64,000 nucleotides of DNA from positions 172,790 to 236,789 of the forward strand of contig NIVC01001794.1 of assembly GCA_002269645.1 (NCBI GenBank), read 5' to 3'. This stretch comes from Macrostomum lignano. Lineage: Eukaryota. The position numbers and the translations under genes are program-made. The notes below the pieces were generated by a model that was given only the letters and a program-made list of their open reading frames with translations, ran no database searches and had not been told where the DNA came from. Below are positions 42,215 through 55,346 of the stretch, one piece after another (within the stretch, counting starts at the first letter, position 1; every line of letters starts with the position of its first letter).

Positions 42215-42490
42215 GAATGTGGTAGCCTAGTGGTCAGAGCATATTGAAGGTCGGGGGTTCGATTCCCGGTTCCACTGGAACAATTTGTGTCCTTGAGCAA
42301 GACACTTAACTCTTCACTGCTTCAGTTCACCCAGCTGTAAAATGGGTGCCAGCATTAGCTGGGGTAATTGAGGGTGTGTGTGGCGACCCCCCAGTCCTTG
42401 GACTGAACAGCCGTACGCAGCCTTCAGATGCGCCGCGCAATAGCTGCGGCTGAGCTGTCGGTTGCACATCTGGCTCCATTGGGGCAGGTG
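42215..42490 (+). mobile_element. tRNA-derived CORE-type SINE, copy 1
   Basis: A box TAGCCTAGTGG, B box GGTTCGATTCC, then GTGTCCTTGAGCAAGACACTTAACT...CTTCAGTTCACCCAGCTGTAAAATGGG resembling the MIR/CORE domain; three copies in the window. Confidence 0.85.
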
Positions 42491-42524
42491 AAATCAATTA
42501 TTGTTTTTATTGTTACTGGTAATA

Positions 42525-42560
<36 letters not shown>

Positions 42561-42824
42561 GTATAGCTTGAAGATGCAGAAGCACGTTTTTACGAGTACC
42601 AGCCAAATCTGTTCAAAATGCTCTTTAAGCTTTAGAATTGAGTCCGTATTGTATGATCCAAATAACTTTCTTGCGATTCTATCGGCTTAAAGTGGGGCAA
42701 CCAAAGTGGAAATTTCGAATTACAACGAATCTTATCTGGATAAGAGATTTTTTGGTAAGTTCAAAATAAAAACTCAGTTTTTCTTTAAAACTAGCTAGCC
42801 GAAAACTAGGAGTTAGCCGAACGC

Positions 42825-43315
42825 GGCCGCAGGAAATTCCGTGGAAATTCCGTGACTAAGTTCACGTACTGGAGAGATAGTTGGCAATGTTAAAGATAGT
42901 AGCGCCAGGGCGGTCAGCCGTGGCTCACTAAAAATAGGATCGAGCGATAAAGTTTTGGGGGAACGGGCAGGGAGAGGGGTGCACAGGTGGCAGCCCTAAT
43001 TGCCTATAACATTTAAATTGCCTAAAACTTTCCTAGCACCTAATTACCTAACCCAATTGCCATTGAGCAGATATGAGATATGAGATGGAAAGACAACTAT
43101 TGAAACTATAGGTTTTATGCAACAATAACTATTCTCAGTACACTGATCGCCCTGATGTTACTATTTTTAACATTGCCATACATCTCTCTAGTACGTAAAC
43201 GGGCACGGACTTTTAGTTTTTTAGTTTAACTGACTTGTAGTTTTGCTAGTCACGGAATTTCCACGGCATTTCCACGGCATTTCCACGGAATTTCTACGGA
43301 ATTTTCTGCAGTGGT
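42825..43315. mobile_element. MITE-like element with ~100-bp inverted arms, copy 1
   Basis: GGAAATTCCGTGG...TGGCAATGTTAAA...CAGGGCG on the left mirrors CGCCCTG...TTTAACATTGCCA...CCACGGAATTT on the right; second copy at ~47755-48115. Confidence 0.7.
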
Positions 43316-43666
43316 GTTTTGCTAACGCCAAACTATCCATTGGTAGGAAAGCTCTGTGTGAGCTTAGATTTCTCAGTAATTTAGACTACTGAGAAAAGTA
43401 GACGAATGAAGATTTGAATCGTAAAATTTTCCACAATGCCAGAAAACTTTCGCCATCACAAAATGAAACTTTTGTGAACAACAACAGTGGTGGGAGAGGA
43501 CGGTGTGTGGCTGACTGACGAAGGAAAACAAGCCCAGGCCCCCACTTTTAGGTTGTCCCACTCTGCGTCTAGACGAGGTTCCTATCGAGGTATTCACTTG
43601 TATTTACTTAGGTATTTACCTGTGCTCGAATTCCTATATACTAAAAAGAAAAATCTAACTAACTGT

Positions 43667-44644
43667 TGTAACCCGGGTCGGTTTGGGTGCCCAGTCCCGA
43701 GTACAATATATATTATACGTAATATACAGGCGTAGTGACGCTCTGTCTGTACTTTTATGAATACGAGCAGGCGTGACGACGCTCTGCGATAACAGTTCGA
43801 TCCCTCTGGTGTTGTGACACTCAGAGTTCACGCTGCGACTTGAGGTGTGGTGACACTCTCGAGTGCTTCTACTCTCAATACTGTAGGTTGTACACACTAT
43901 ATAGAGTACACGGTACAATACTACAAAAAGCTATATGATCTCCCGGCGTTATGACGCTCTGGCAAGAACTCAGCCTAACAAGCTCCCAGAAAAGAACGAA
44001 CTCAAGCAGCAGCGGCTTACCAGTGGCCAAATCGCCGTTCGTACGTTTATTGCTCGTAGGTCTCAAGCGCAGGTTCGCAAGTTTGTTGATTGGCTCTGAG
44101 GTCTCAAGCCGGCTTCTAATTTCTTCTCAATTCTCAGACTCTTTTCAAAGACTGACTTCTCGATTGAGCTCTCGGGTTTCTGTTATCGTAGGTAGCTAAT
44201 GTCGCTGTTCTTACTCAAGTCAAGTCTCGCGCTTGCTATCTCGGAGCCCACAAAAACACAAAAAGAACAAACAGAGCAAACAGAACAAACAGAACAACAC
44301 AGAGCAAACAGAGCAAACAGCGCGAAGGGCGTGAGCAAGGCCCAGAGCCGCATTAAATAATAATCAAACCCTGGGCAGATGGCCCCACCGGCTAAGCCCA
44401 CCCAAACAAGCTACCCCAACAAAATAGAGACTGGCCGCGCCGGCCAGCCAATCAAAACCCCGCCTAGGGGGGGAGGGGCCGCACCCACGCCAAAGCTGGC
44501 CCGGCCGCAGCCAACCAGCCCTGAGCACGGGGCAGGGGCACGGCTGGGGAGGGGCACGCGCAAAGCCCGGCCGGCGGCCAGACCCTGCCACGCCCGCCAA
44601 CCCCCCAACCAGCCCCAAAGTGCAACGCGCCCTGCCAACTGACA
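43667..44644 (-). mobile_element. possible solo LTR inserted in the copy-B intron
   Basis: About 980 bp absent from the paralogous copy-C intron; ends TGTCAG...GTTACA on the minus strand; no clear TSD, PBS or PPT. Confidence 0.45.
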
Positions 44645-45067
44645 AGGGCGCATGCACTACATAACTATCAGCAATAATGAATCAACTTTTTCATACAAAC
44701 TACACTATAGGAGATACGGCTTCTCATTTTTTCCCGTTACTCGACAGTGGGCGTGCTTTGTTCCAGTCGGTGGCCGGGACTGTCCTGCTGTACAAAGCCG
44801 AGGCTCAGACGCTTACTGACTCGCCAGCCTGGGCCGACCAAGTGAGCTGCTGGGTCGTCGGCGACTCCAGCTGGCAGGTCACATCATCCGCGCCGAGTCG
44901 TATTGTCCACAGCCAATACTCCACAGCCGGTGCAGTCAGTGCTGCGATTAATGCTAAAGGCACACTCTCAGCGGACAGACGTGCACCCCGGGTTTGTGGC
45001 GCGCTCCCGGCTTCTACTAATTTGCTAATAAGTCAGTGAATTACATCCCGGATGAGGCTTCACTTAC

Positions 45068-45309
45068 ACTTCGTCGGGCGTGAGCTCCACAGCCAGACGA
45101 ATCATCAGCAGTCTCTCGGAGCTGTCCAGGCTGCGGTACAGCCTGTAGTTGGTGAAGTTGGCTAGCACGCAGTCGTCCAGCAGGCAGGAGATGCAGTGCA
45201 GGTAGTACATCAGCCTGGCCACATTGTCGTTTGGTACGGCTGCCGTAGTGCCAGAGTGTTCAATGCGCAGTCGCTGGTTCTCAAATCGAGCAAGTGCTAA
45301 TTGACTCAT
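45068..45309 (-). pseudogene. uncharacterised family, copy B (exon 1 only; its own exon 2 deleted)
   Basis: Exon 1 is intact with a GTAAGT donor. The flanks of exon 2 align with copy C, but at ~42490-42580 the exon is replaced by about 90 bp of A/T-rich sequence with an (ATT)n run. Confidence 0.7.
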
Positions 45310-46744
45310 TTCTTGTTGTTCGGAAATTTGATTTGCTCACCTGTAGAGGTTTTTTATCGTTTTTGCCTCATTTTATCCGTTTTTATAGGCTAAAATGTTT
45401 TGCCTTTCAAGATAAGACAAGATAAGACAAGAGAAGAGTGGAAGGAAGAGAGATGAGGGGAGAGAAGAGAAATGATGGGAGAGAAGAGAGATGAGGAGAG
45501 AGAAGAAAGATGAGGGGAGACAAGAGAGATGAGTAATATGTGTACCATGTCACTATGTGTACCCAAGGACCACTAGAAGTTAACGTAGTATAACGGTGTA
45601 CAACGTACGACGGTAAAGGTAAGAACTAAATACATGAGTTACTTACCTTGGTTTTTCAACGCGTTTAAACTTGTTGGTTGATACGAAATTGAATTTGCTG
45701 CAGAGTGGATAGAAAATTTTGTCCTTTTATATATTGTTCTAAAAGTGGAAGTTCCTTATTTTAAGATACTAAAGATTAGCTTCAATTCGCCCCCCCCCCC
45801 AGGCCAGGCACCCCTAGCCCGCCCAACCATGCACACTCAGCATTTACGCTCTACATGTATTGCGCTCGGACTTTGAGAGAGTACTAAACCCAATATTCGC
45901 TTTAATTGTCCAGTTTTATACTTCTGCAATGCATCGGAGCGAATCTCTATCCACGGACTACTTAATTTTTACTCTTAGCGATTACCTCCCTCCCACATCT
46001 CCCACAAATCTACCCATCTCTACCACCTATTCTCATGTCTATCCAACTCTCCACACTTTTACCCACCTATCAACACATTTAACCACCCATTTCCACCACT
46101 AGACATGACTTCTATCCACCCTTACCCACCGCGCTCTAACCCTCCGAACTGAAAATTTGCTAACAAAAAATTATCGACTAAATACTGAAAGCTATAGCCG
46201 TCAGTTCATCTGTTTTCAATATTCAGAAGCGTAGGGGCTCACATATACAAAAAATCGTAGAGGCAAACTGAACTAACATACCATTATATAACCAGGCAGT
46301 TTTGGTATTGTAGCTATGGACATTGTGAAGCCTTTATAAAAATTATTGCGGAATTGCAGCTAAAAAAGCGATGTAATTATTAATTATTACCTAATTAACT
46401 GGAACTGAATTATAAAGGACTAAAAGAGGATTGATTGGAAGGCGACAATCACACCATTAACACGCAAATGATTCTTTAATCAAACCATACAAAAATACCG
46501 AAGCAGAAACATTACAGAAAACCGCATCAACTTAAGGTCCGATAAGCAGAACTCAATCAAGGATTCAACAGTCTAAAAAAGATTTGCTTGTAAAAAAGTT
46601 ACATTTCGGTCTTTGAGCAGTCGTTTCACTCTTCAGCCTACAGCAGAGTGCAGCCTGAGCTTGAATTTCTGCAACAAAATATAGGCGGTGAGAGAATCAA
46701 GCAATTCCTGTTTTTCATTGTCTATGGCTTAACGATGACTTTAG

Positions 46745-47036
46745 GGGGTTGTAGCCCAGCCCAGTGGTTAGAGAGTCGGACGAACGACTTGAAGGTCGGG
46801 GGTTCGATTCCCGATACCACTGGAACAATTTGGTGTCCTTGAGCAAGACACTTAACTCTGCATTTGCTTCAGTTCACCCAGCTGTAAAATGGGTGCAGCA
46901 TTAGCTGGGGTAATTGAGGGTGTGTGTGGCGACCCCCCAGTCCTTGGACTGAACAGCCGTACGCAGCCTTCAGATGCGCCGCGCAATTGCTGCGGCTGAG
47001 CTGTCGGTTGCATGTCTGGCCCAATTGAGGCAGGTG
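46745..47036 (+). mobile_element. tRNA-derived CORE-type SINE, copy 2
   Basis: Same head, CORE and tail as 42215-42490; part of the local segmental duplication. Confidence 0.85.
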
Positions 47037-47162
47037 TACGCTCGTTATAAATTTTTATTTCTACATGCACACTCGATTGTGCGGAGCGAAGTGATCGATA
47101 AAGTCTAAAATGCTATACTATTATGCCTTTCGAATAGAAGAATGAATCTGACCAAAGCGTAC

Positions 47163-48948
47163 CTTCGAGCGGTCGCCTGTTCCCGTTGCATCTCCGAGCG
47201 GATTTCCATCAGCGGGTTCAGGTAGTTTCTGTTCAGCCAGCCCTGCGTGTAGGCCATGACCTCGATCAGCTTCTGGCTGCTGCCGACCTGTCGTTGCAGG
47301 GCCATCATGGCGGCGCCGCCAGACTGAATCCCGAGAGCGGTCAGTGTCTCGCTGAGCGACGAGAACTTGAGGAACATGTTGCTTTTGTCTTCTGGGAGGC
47401 GGGACACTGGGATGAACAGTGGCCTGAATTGACAATGTTTGAATATTAGTCATTTATCGCGATAGATTTTTAATGAACGCATTATATGCATAGCTTAAAT
47501 ATGCGGAAGCGTGTTTTTTGTGCTGCAAGCGATATCTAAAACCGTGCTAAATGCTCTTTCAGCTTAAAAAAATAGAATTGAGCAAATAAAGCATTGAACT
47601 ACAACGAATTTTATCTGGACAGAAGTTTTTTGCTTGGTTCAAATTAAAAACTCTACTTTTCCTCATTTGTTTCCTTTGGGAAAGCATTACGACATACACT
47701 TTGGGTAACAAATGATTCTAGATTGTGGATTAGTAGTACGAGTAGCATAAAACGGCTGCAGGAAATTCCGTGGAAATACCGTGACTATTTCGCGTACTAG
47801 AGAGATAGCTGGCAATGTTAAAAATAGTTGCGCCAGGACGATCAGCCGTGGCTGACTGAGAATAGAAGAGATAAAGTTTTGGGGGAAAGCGCAGAAAGAG
47901 GTGTGCACAGGTGGCAGCCCTATAATTGCCTAAGGCTTACAAGCCATTGAGCACCAGATATTGAGCAACTATTGCAACTATAGGTTTTATGCAACTATAA
48001 CCATTTCTCAGTAAGCCACGCCCTGGCAGTACTATCTTAAACATTGCCACGTATCTCTTCAGTAGATAAACTAGTAACGGAATTTCCACGGAATTTCCAT
48101 GGATTTCCCCCAGTTGTGTTCTTCTAACTTCTTCTCTGCTTTGGGTAGGAAAGCTCTGTGTGAGCTTAGATTTCTCAACAATTTAGACTACTGAGAAAGT
48201 AGCCGAATAAGGATTTGAATTGCAAACTTTTACCGCAATGCCTAAAAAATGTCGCCATAAAAAGAAACGTCTGTAAACACTGAGAGTGCAGTGGGAGAGG
48301 ACGGGCGTATGGCTGACTGACGAAGGCAAACAATAAGCTAGAAACCCAGTGTCAGTCTGCCAAAGCGAGGTTGGACCCCCACTTTTAGTGTGTCACACCG
48401 TGTCTAGACAAGGTTTCTATCGAGGTACTTACTCACACTTACTTCGGTTTCTCTCCTGTGTTAGAATTATATTTAACTATCAGTAATAACAAATTGCCTT
48501 TTTCATGCACACTACGGTATGAGATTCGCTTCACATTCTTTTCTCGCTACTCGACAGTAGACGTTCTTTTAATGGTATGGCGGCGTTGTTCCAGTCGTCC
48601 TGCAATACAACGAACGGCTCTACGGCTCACTTTGGTGATGTTGTCATTGATTACTACTAATTTGATTTGAGTCAGTTAACCAAATTCCAGATGAAGCTCC
48701 ACTTACACCTTGTCGGGCGTGAGCTCCAGGGCTAGGCCAATAACCATGAGCCTTTCCCGTTGGGTCAGGCTGCGGTACAGCCTGTAGTTGGTGAGGTTGG
48801 CTGGCACGCAGTCGTCCAGCAGGCAGGAGATGCAGTGCAGGTAGTACATCAGCCTGGCCACATTGTCGTTTGGTAAGTCTACCGTAGTGCCAGAGTTTTC
48901 AATGCGCAGTCGCTGGTTCTCAAATCGGGCAAGAGCTAACTGACTCAT
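47163..48948 (-). CDS. uncharacterised ~180-aa family, copy C
   Basis: Exon 1 48948-48707, phase-2 intron, exon 2 47423-47163 (PLFIPVSRLPEDKSNMFLKFSSL...WLNRNYLNPL); the terminal exon is unresolved. Confidence 0.8.
47755..48115. mobile_element. MITE-like inverted-repeat element, copy 2
   Basis: Homologous to 42825-43315. Confidence 0.65.
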
Positions 48949-50068
48949 TGTCTCGTGTCAGGCTTTGCTGTCGTTCGTTTGCGGACTTTTTGAGCTAAAG
49001 AAATTTGTGTTTAGAATTTGTGTATTTCTTTATATAGGTCTTTTTTGCTACAGATGGCTCATTACTGGCTCGTTTGGAATCTCGAAAGGGTGCACTTTTG
49101 CTTATCAAAGTTTTGTCGAACTGACTGACTTGAGATTCAGATCCAAGCAAGAGCGTAAACAGTTTTAAAATGTTTCTAGCAGCATCCGAAATGCTAGGAG
49201 TTGACATTTAGTTGCGGTCAGACTTGCTTGAGTTTTTGCTTGACTCGCTGTCAAGACGCCAAATAGCTGCAGTGTGATTGTTTTAGTCTCCGTGATATTG
49301 CATATAATTATAAAAAAACTACTCAAAGTATTGAAATTCAAGCTTCTTTTGAATTCGTCACATGAGACATCGAACTGTCACTACAGTGGCAGCAGTGGGC
49401 ACATGGTTATGGTTGGATTGGAAAAAGTTCCGATGTTTGCACATGGTTGTGCAATGTTCATGACCCCAACGCACCACTTCGGTAAGGCAAAATTCGAACT
49501 TGTTATCAAAGTGGAAGGTCTAAGGTTCTGGAACTCGAGCGCTTATCAGGAACTCTAAGCGATTGAGAGTTGCACAAAGCGGTGGGCAATATAAAAAATT
49601 TTATCATTGTTTTCAAAGTCAACGAGCTGTTTTGCTTAAATTTTTCTGGCTTTGGACTCTTCAGCTGGGGCTTATCTTGAGGATGTTGACAAAAAATCAG
49701 AATGACTTTACAGTAAGATAGTGAAAGCAACAAATAATAAAATAACAGCGCTTCAATTAAATTCTCAAAACCATTTTCTCAACGCAAAAAGTATAGGAAA
49801 ATCATTTCCTATCATACTGCAATTCACCCGCCAGCAGGGGAGTCAGGTAGCCCTGGGACAAATGAGGCAGCGCCAACTGCATGTAGAGAGAAATCTACTA
49901 CACCTGCCAATGTGCCAGATGACGACGTTGTACGCCTGATGTACTATTTGAGTTGCATAAGAAATGTACTGCCTGACTGCATGCCAGCCCACCTGACAAA
50001 CTACTCCAACTACAGCAATCTGAGCCACTGGTAATTGAGATCGCCAAGGCGTTCCCGCCGAGCAAAAT

Positions 50069-50950
50069 GTGAGCACCCGCATAGTGGAAAGAGACTTTCG
50101 CGCTGCGACCCCTGGTTCGATTCTGCACGCGGCCACATTCGTTGCTTGTGCATGGAAATTGGCCGAATGGATTATCGAACGATTAACACCCATGGGGGCC
50201 GACACCGAAGGCACATAGAGTGTACATGCATGACGATTAGTACACCCTGTGTGAGCGTGTGTGTGAGTGCGTGCCTGCGTACAGTATTGGCGCGCTTGTA
50301 TGTGCTCAGAAGTCCACAGGGAGAGGTGGGCTAACCCCCCTCGACTTGTGGGCTAACCCCCCCCCCCTTGGCTGTCCCCTGTCCTTCCTCCGCCATGCGC
50401 AGATCCCTGCTTGGACTTAACCGCAGGGACATCAGGGCGGTGACTATGGCTGTTTTGCCAGGCATCGTCACGTCCAGGGAAAATCCGCAGTGAGGATGCC
50501 CCTTCTGCCTTTCCGGTGTCGAGAATGCGGAGTACTTCATCTGTGAGTGCCCCGCCTTTACTCAGGCAGGCTCACCTACCTCAGCCCAAACCCGGACCTC
50601 TCCGACCTTTTCGAGCCCGAGAATCTCTGCCAGCTCGTCCGCTACCTAAGGGCTACCGGGCGAGCGACAGTCCACCTCTTGGACCCTCCGGAGGGGGACC
50701 GCGCTGCGGACACCGGCACCACCGGATCTCCCTGCGCGACACCGCACAACTAGCTGCCCGTGGTCGCCAGGGGTTAGCGAAATGGGCGGCAACGCCTCCT
50801 CGCTGTTTCCGGACGCACGGAGCCCCCTGCAGCTGAGTCAAGTCAAGTGCTCAGGAGTCAGCGGAATGGGCAGAATCGCCTCACAACTGGCTGTGGGACG
50901 ATATCGCTGAGAGTGTTGCGCCAGGTTGCCTCACAACCCTATAGTCGTAA
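50069..50950 (+). mobile_element. second tRNA-derived SINE family, interrupted by a LINE fragment
   Basis: B box GGTTCGATTC at ~50116; the body matches the uninterrupted copy at ~52320-52625 once 50315-50859 is removed. Confidence 0.7.
50315..50846 (+). mobile_element. 5'-truncated LINE 3' end
   Basis: [17 protein letters not shown]...[21 protein letters not shown] (LINE C-terminal CCHC-type motif), (AGTCA)n tail, and a 13-bp TSD GTGCTCAG[A/G]AGTC at 50302-50314 and 50847-50859. Confidence 0.75.
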
Positions 50951-52319
50951 TTATTTATATTCTAGAAATTCATAGAGTTGCCTCACCCCCAGGTGTGCAG
51001 TCAGCAGACTCGATCGATATCACAGTGCTTAGACAGAGGGTGGTTGCGACTCCCACTCTGTACTTTTACGGTAGCGTTGCTGTCTCATAAAAGCTGTGTG
51101 AAATCTTGGAGCTCATGAAGCTTAATTTTCCACTCGCTCCCTGCGGCTGCCTCGAGGGCCGACGCAAGCTTGCAGGTCCCTAACTTGCAGGCGCTGACCC
51201 ACTGAGCAAAGGGTATCCTCCTTTCCTCTCCTTTGCCCTGATCTTTTCAGCCCCCTAGCTCGTATTTATCAAAGTTGAAAATGCCGGCGAACGATGCGGT
51301 GCCTTCCTGAAGTTCACTTCGCTGGAGGAGACGATCAGCGCCCTGGGAATTGAAAGTGACGGAGCCACCGTGATGGCTCTCAGACGGCAGGCGTCATCGG
51401 AGCACCTGCTCGAAGTGTTTGCCTACGAGGAGGCCTGGGCTCGTAGAAACTACTTCGCTGCTCGGCTGAGAAAGATTCTGGAAGAGTAAGTTTTAAAGCC
51501 GCTAAAACACACGAATTTCCATCAATCGCACATTTGTATAGTTATAAAAGATGTTTTGAAATTTGATTATGCCCTATTTTTGTAATCCTAATTTTTAGGA
51601 GCTCAAGCTCTTGCACCGTGCTGTAGACCAAGGTACAATAAGAAAGGCACAACATATCAAAAGATGAACACTGGATCTGCCTCCTATCAAAAGCAATAAC
51701 AATTTTTGTGCTGAAAAAATTAAAACCTCCTATCTCTGTAGTGTCTTTTTCGGCGAAAAGTTGCCTTCAAAACATTTACCATAGATTTCGAGTGTAGCGT
51801 CCTATATATATGTTACTTGAGTAGTCCTTGACTAGAAGTTACCGTTGTATCAGGACGTAACACTCGTAAATATTGCAAAAATTTTTGAAGGCCCGCTTGT
51901 TTGTATATTGGAGCTAATCTTGAAATGCTTGCTCATAACTCTGGATCAGTTGCACTTTTATCATGCAAAGAGATAATTTGTCGCTAGGTTGTTCGAAATT
52001 TTGTACTCTTTAAGACGACACAAAGTTTGGTCCTATCTTCCTACATATACAGGAAGATATATGTAGGAACGGCAGGCGTACAGTGCAGAAATGGCTATAC
52101 GCAATATTTCATAGAAGTCAAAATGAATTAAGTGTTGCAGTCATTTCATGTATTAATCCATAGTCTCGACAAAGTAGCAGACGTCCTGATATAACGGTAA
52201 CTTCTAGCTAGTGGTCCTTGAGTGAGACATTTTTCATAGCTTTCCCTTTCTAACATAACAGGAAGATGTTACAAAAAGGTCTTACCGGCTACCAAATTTC
52301 ACTAACAAGACCAACACAG

Positions 52320-52625
52320 ATCCCGGGTTCGATTCATTTCACATTCATTTGGGGCCTTATGTACACGAAAATTGGCCAGGGGTTGTCGATTCACACCCAC
52401 GAGGGCCAGCCCCCAAAGCACAGAGAGTGTACATGTCTGATGATTAGACGTCAATGGGCTGCTGTACACCCTGTGTGAGCGTGTGTATGAGAGCTTGCCC
52501 GCGTACAGTACTGGCGCTCTTCTATTGGTGCTCAGGAGTCAGCGGAATGGGCAGAACTGCCTCACAAGTGCTGGCTGTGGAATGATGTCGCCGAATGCTT
52601 TGCACCAGGGTGCCCGGAGCCCTCT
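52320..52625 (+). mobile_element. second SINE family, uninterrupted copy
   Basis: CCGGGTTCGATTC B box; body shared with 50069-50950. Confidence 0.65.
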
Positions 52626-53164
52626 TACAAATATCGAATATTTAAATTTTTAATTCATAGGTAATCGTGAACTTACTCTGATGAGTGCACAGCGCCCCTG
52701 ACTGTACCATACCATCGCCATTGAGAAATTAAAAAATTAGTAAACAAAAAAAATTAGTCTGAAGCCCTCACTCATTTTGATACCTTGTAAAAGCAGAGAC
52801 AATGAAGACACCACCCACGAGAAAAGCTGCTTCTTCTGTAAGAATGCAAGTATTTCCAGTTGCAGTGTGGCCATGAGGTACAAAAAAACAATAAAGAGAC
52901 GGGTGAAGAGATTCGTGCCAACAAGCGCTTCGACACTTGACCCCCTCTCCAGTACTACTCGAGTGGGCGTACTCAGGCTGGTCTCATTGAGCAGTTCTTA
53001 ACTTGGGTCTAAAAGGTTTGCACGCAATTCTTAGTGCGAATATCTTTTGCTTGGCTGGAGGGTGGGGTCCTGTCAAATTCCTTGAGTTATTTTATAGAAT
53101 TCCTGTCTAAAAGTTTGTCACCGCTTAAAAAAGCTGTTTATAGATCCGCCTTGCGCTTCTGTGC

Positions 53165-53675
53165 TTCAATCTGTGTTTCTGTGATCTGTGATTCTGCGAG
53201 TCTGTGATTCTGTGATTCTGTGAGTCTGTGAGTCTGTGATTCTGTGATTCTGTGATTCTCTGATGTGATCTGCGATTCTGTGATTCTGTGATTCTGTGAT
53301 CTGTGATTCTGTGATTCTGTGATCTGTGATTTTGTGAACTCTGATCTGTGATTTTCTGATCCGTGATTCTGTGATCTGTGATCTGTGATTCTGTGGTTTT
53401 GTGATTTGTGTATCTGTGATCTGTGATTCTGTGATTCTGTGATTCTCTGATGTGATCTGTGGTTCTGTGATTTGTGATTCTGTGATTCTGTGATTCTGTG
53501 ATTTGTGATTCTGTGATCTGTGATTCTGTGGTTCTGTGATTTGTGATTCTGTGATCTGTGATTCTGTGATTCTGTGATTCTCTGATGTGATCTGTGATTC
53601 TGTGATTCTGTGATTTTGTAATCTGTGATCTGTGATTTTGTGATCTGTGATTCTGTGATTCTGTGATCCGTGATT
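53165..53675. repeat. (TGTGATTC/TGTGATC)n degenerate 7-8-bp repeat
   Basis: Direct tandem array. Confidence 0.95.
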
Positions 53676-54496
53676 TGTTTTTCTTGCTCAGTTTGGCTTA
53701 AGGATTTCTGAGGATCTTCATGCAGGCATATTTTGCCTGCTAAGTTGTATCAAAACGTCTGAGAGAGCCTCTATAACCATGTTTGGCCAACTTGGCTGAA
53801 AGTATTAGCCAGATATACAGGTAGAAAGTGCCAGCAGACGCCTCCGAGTTTATTCGGAGTTCACGTGGAGTTCAACGGTACTTTTGCGTAGCTGCCAGCT
53901 CAGTGCACAGGACTGCAATTTCACCAGGCCGAAACTTCACATTGCAGAAATGGCTTGCACTCTCTTTCGTAACTATCGTAGCTATATTTCGGCAATGTGA
54001 AGTTTCGGCCTGGTGAAAGCGCTCCGTTTTTCTGACGTACTGACAGCGCATTTTGTTGCCATGCCGCGTGTTGCAGCTTGAAATACAGAAACAGCGAGTT
54101 GGCACAGGGTCGATTCTTAAATCTAAAAGAGATTTTTAGATTTCTCTTTAAAGGCGTTGTCGCAGTTGATAACAGCTCAGAATTCGCCTCTTATTGAAGA
54201 AATTGTTGTGCATATTTTTCTAATTCCAAATTCAAGTGCACTTTATTGTACCTGCGCTAAAAAAGTGTTTGGTGAGGATGTCAAGATATTTTTCGTGCAT
54301 TATCTCCAGGATATTCAAATAAGATTTTGTGAAAAGCACCGGGCTAGCAAATTTCTCAGTTTAGCCAATAAGAATGCTGAGGAGTCCAGATTGATTAAAA
54401 TGCATAAATACGCCGGCTCAAAAAGCAGAAATAGCAGATAGAGAAATTTTATCGACTTGCTTAACTCAACAATCTCTTCAACGGCAAGCAGCAGCA

Positions 54497-55346
54497 ATGG
54501 CCGCCCTAGCGCACATGCAGCAGCGCCAGCTGCAGGTTGAGAAAACTGGCAGCCGAACGACCGTCCCCAACCACAGCGTTGGCCGGCTCATGTACTACCT
54601 GAAGTGCATGACGGACGTGCTTGGTGACTGCATTCCAGCACACCTGACCAACTATTCCAATTGCTACGGGCTGAGCTACTCGGACAGGCAGGTGGTCATC
54701 GAGATTGCAAGGGAATATCCGCCAAGCAAGATGTGAGATTTACTGGCTTTGGATTGGGGTGTTCAGCTGCTTCCCGCATGTCCTCTTGCAACATCCGCGT
54801 TGTTGTTACCTGTTACATCCGGGTCATCAAGTATCCCAATTTTACCTGTTACATCCGGGTCATCAAGTATCCCCATTTTACCTGTTATATCCGGGTCATC
54901 AAGTATCCCTATTTTTACCGGCAACCTGCAACCACCCACAGACCGCTCTTCATTCCTGTTGATGACGCTGGAGACAGCAGCAACGACTTCCTGACGTTCA
55001 GCTCCCTGGAGGAAACGATCACAGCGCTGGGCATCCAGGGCGACGGAGAAGCGATGATGGCACTGAGACGTCAGGTGTCCAACCAGCACCTGTTCAAGGT
55101 GATGGTCTACGAGGATGCCTGGGCTCGCAACAACTATTACGGACCACTGAGGGAGATTCAGCGGGAGGAGGAGCAGAGGCGATACCGGCAGCTGCAGGCC
55201 GCTCCCTCGTACGGCAGCAGGAAAAAGTGCGTGAGCTCTCGCGTTAAAAAATGCTGGACTTCCTATTCACCGCTTAGACCAGAGCAATTAAATTCTTAAG
55301 TATCTTATTTTACGCTTTTAGAAGTTCCACCTGTGTCCTGCTGTGA
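54497..55346 (+). CDS. uncharacterised 181-aa family, copy E, intact, with C-terminal CaaX (RKKSSTCVLL*)
   Basis: Exons 54497-54732, 54942-55226 and 55322-55346 (two phase-2 introns) total 546 nt, in frame. The intron has a 36-bp repeat in three copies. Confidence 0.88.

Larger units (their letters stand above)
49850..51626 (+). pseudogene. uncharacterised family, copy D (frameshifted; ends SSSSCTVL*)
   Basis: Exons ~49850-50068, 51251-51485 and 51599-51626 align with copy E. A 1-nt deletion (~49890), a ~13-nt deletion (~50025) and a 7-nt insertion (~51258) break the frame. Confidence 0.75.

Noticed and set aside
42215-42270. tRNA genes at the A/B-box sites (also near 46750, 50080, 52320 and 57640)
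   Set aside because: They continue into shared SINE bodies and lack a complete cloverleaf.
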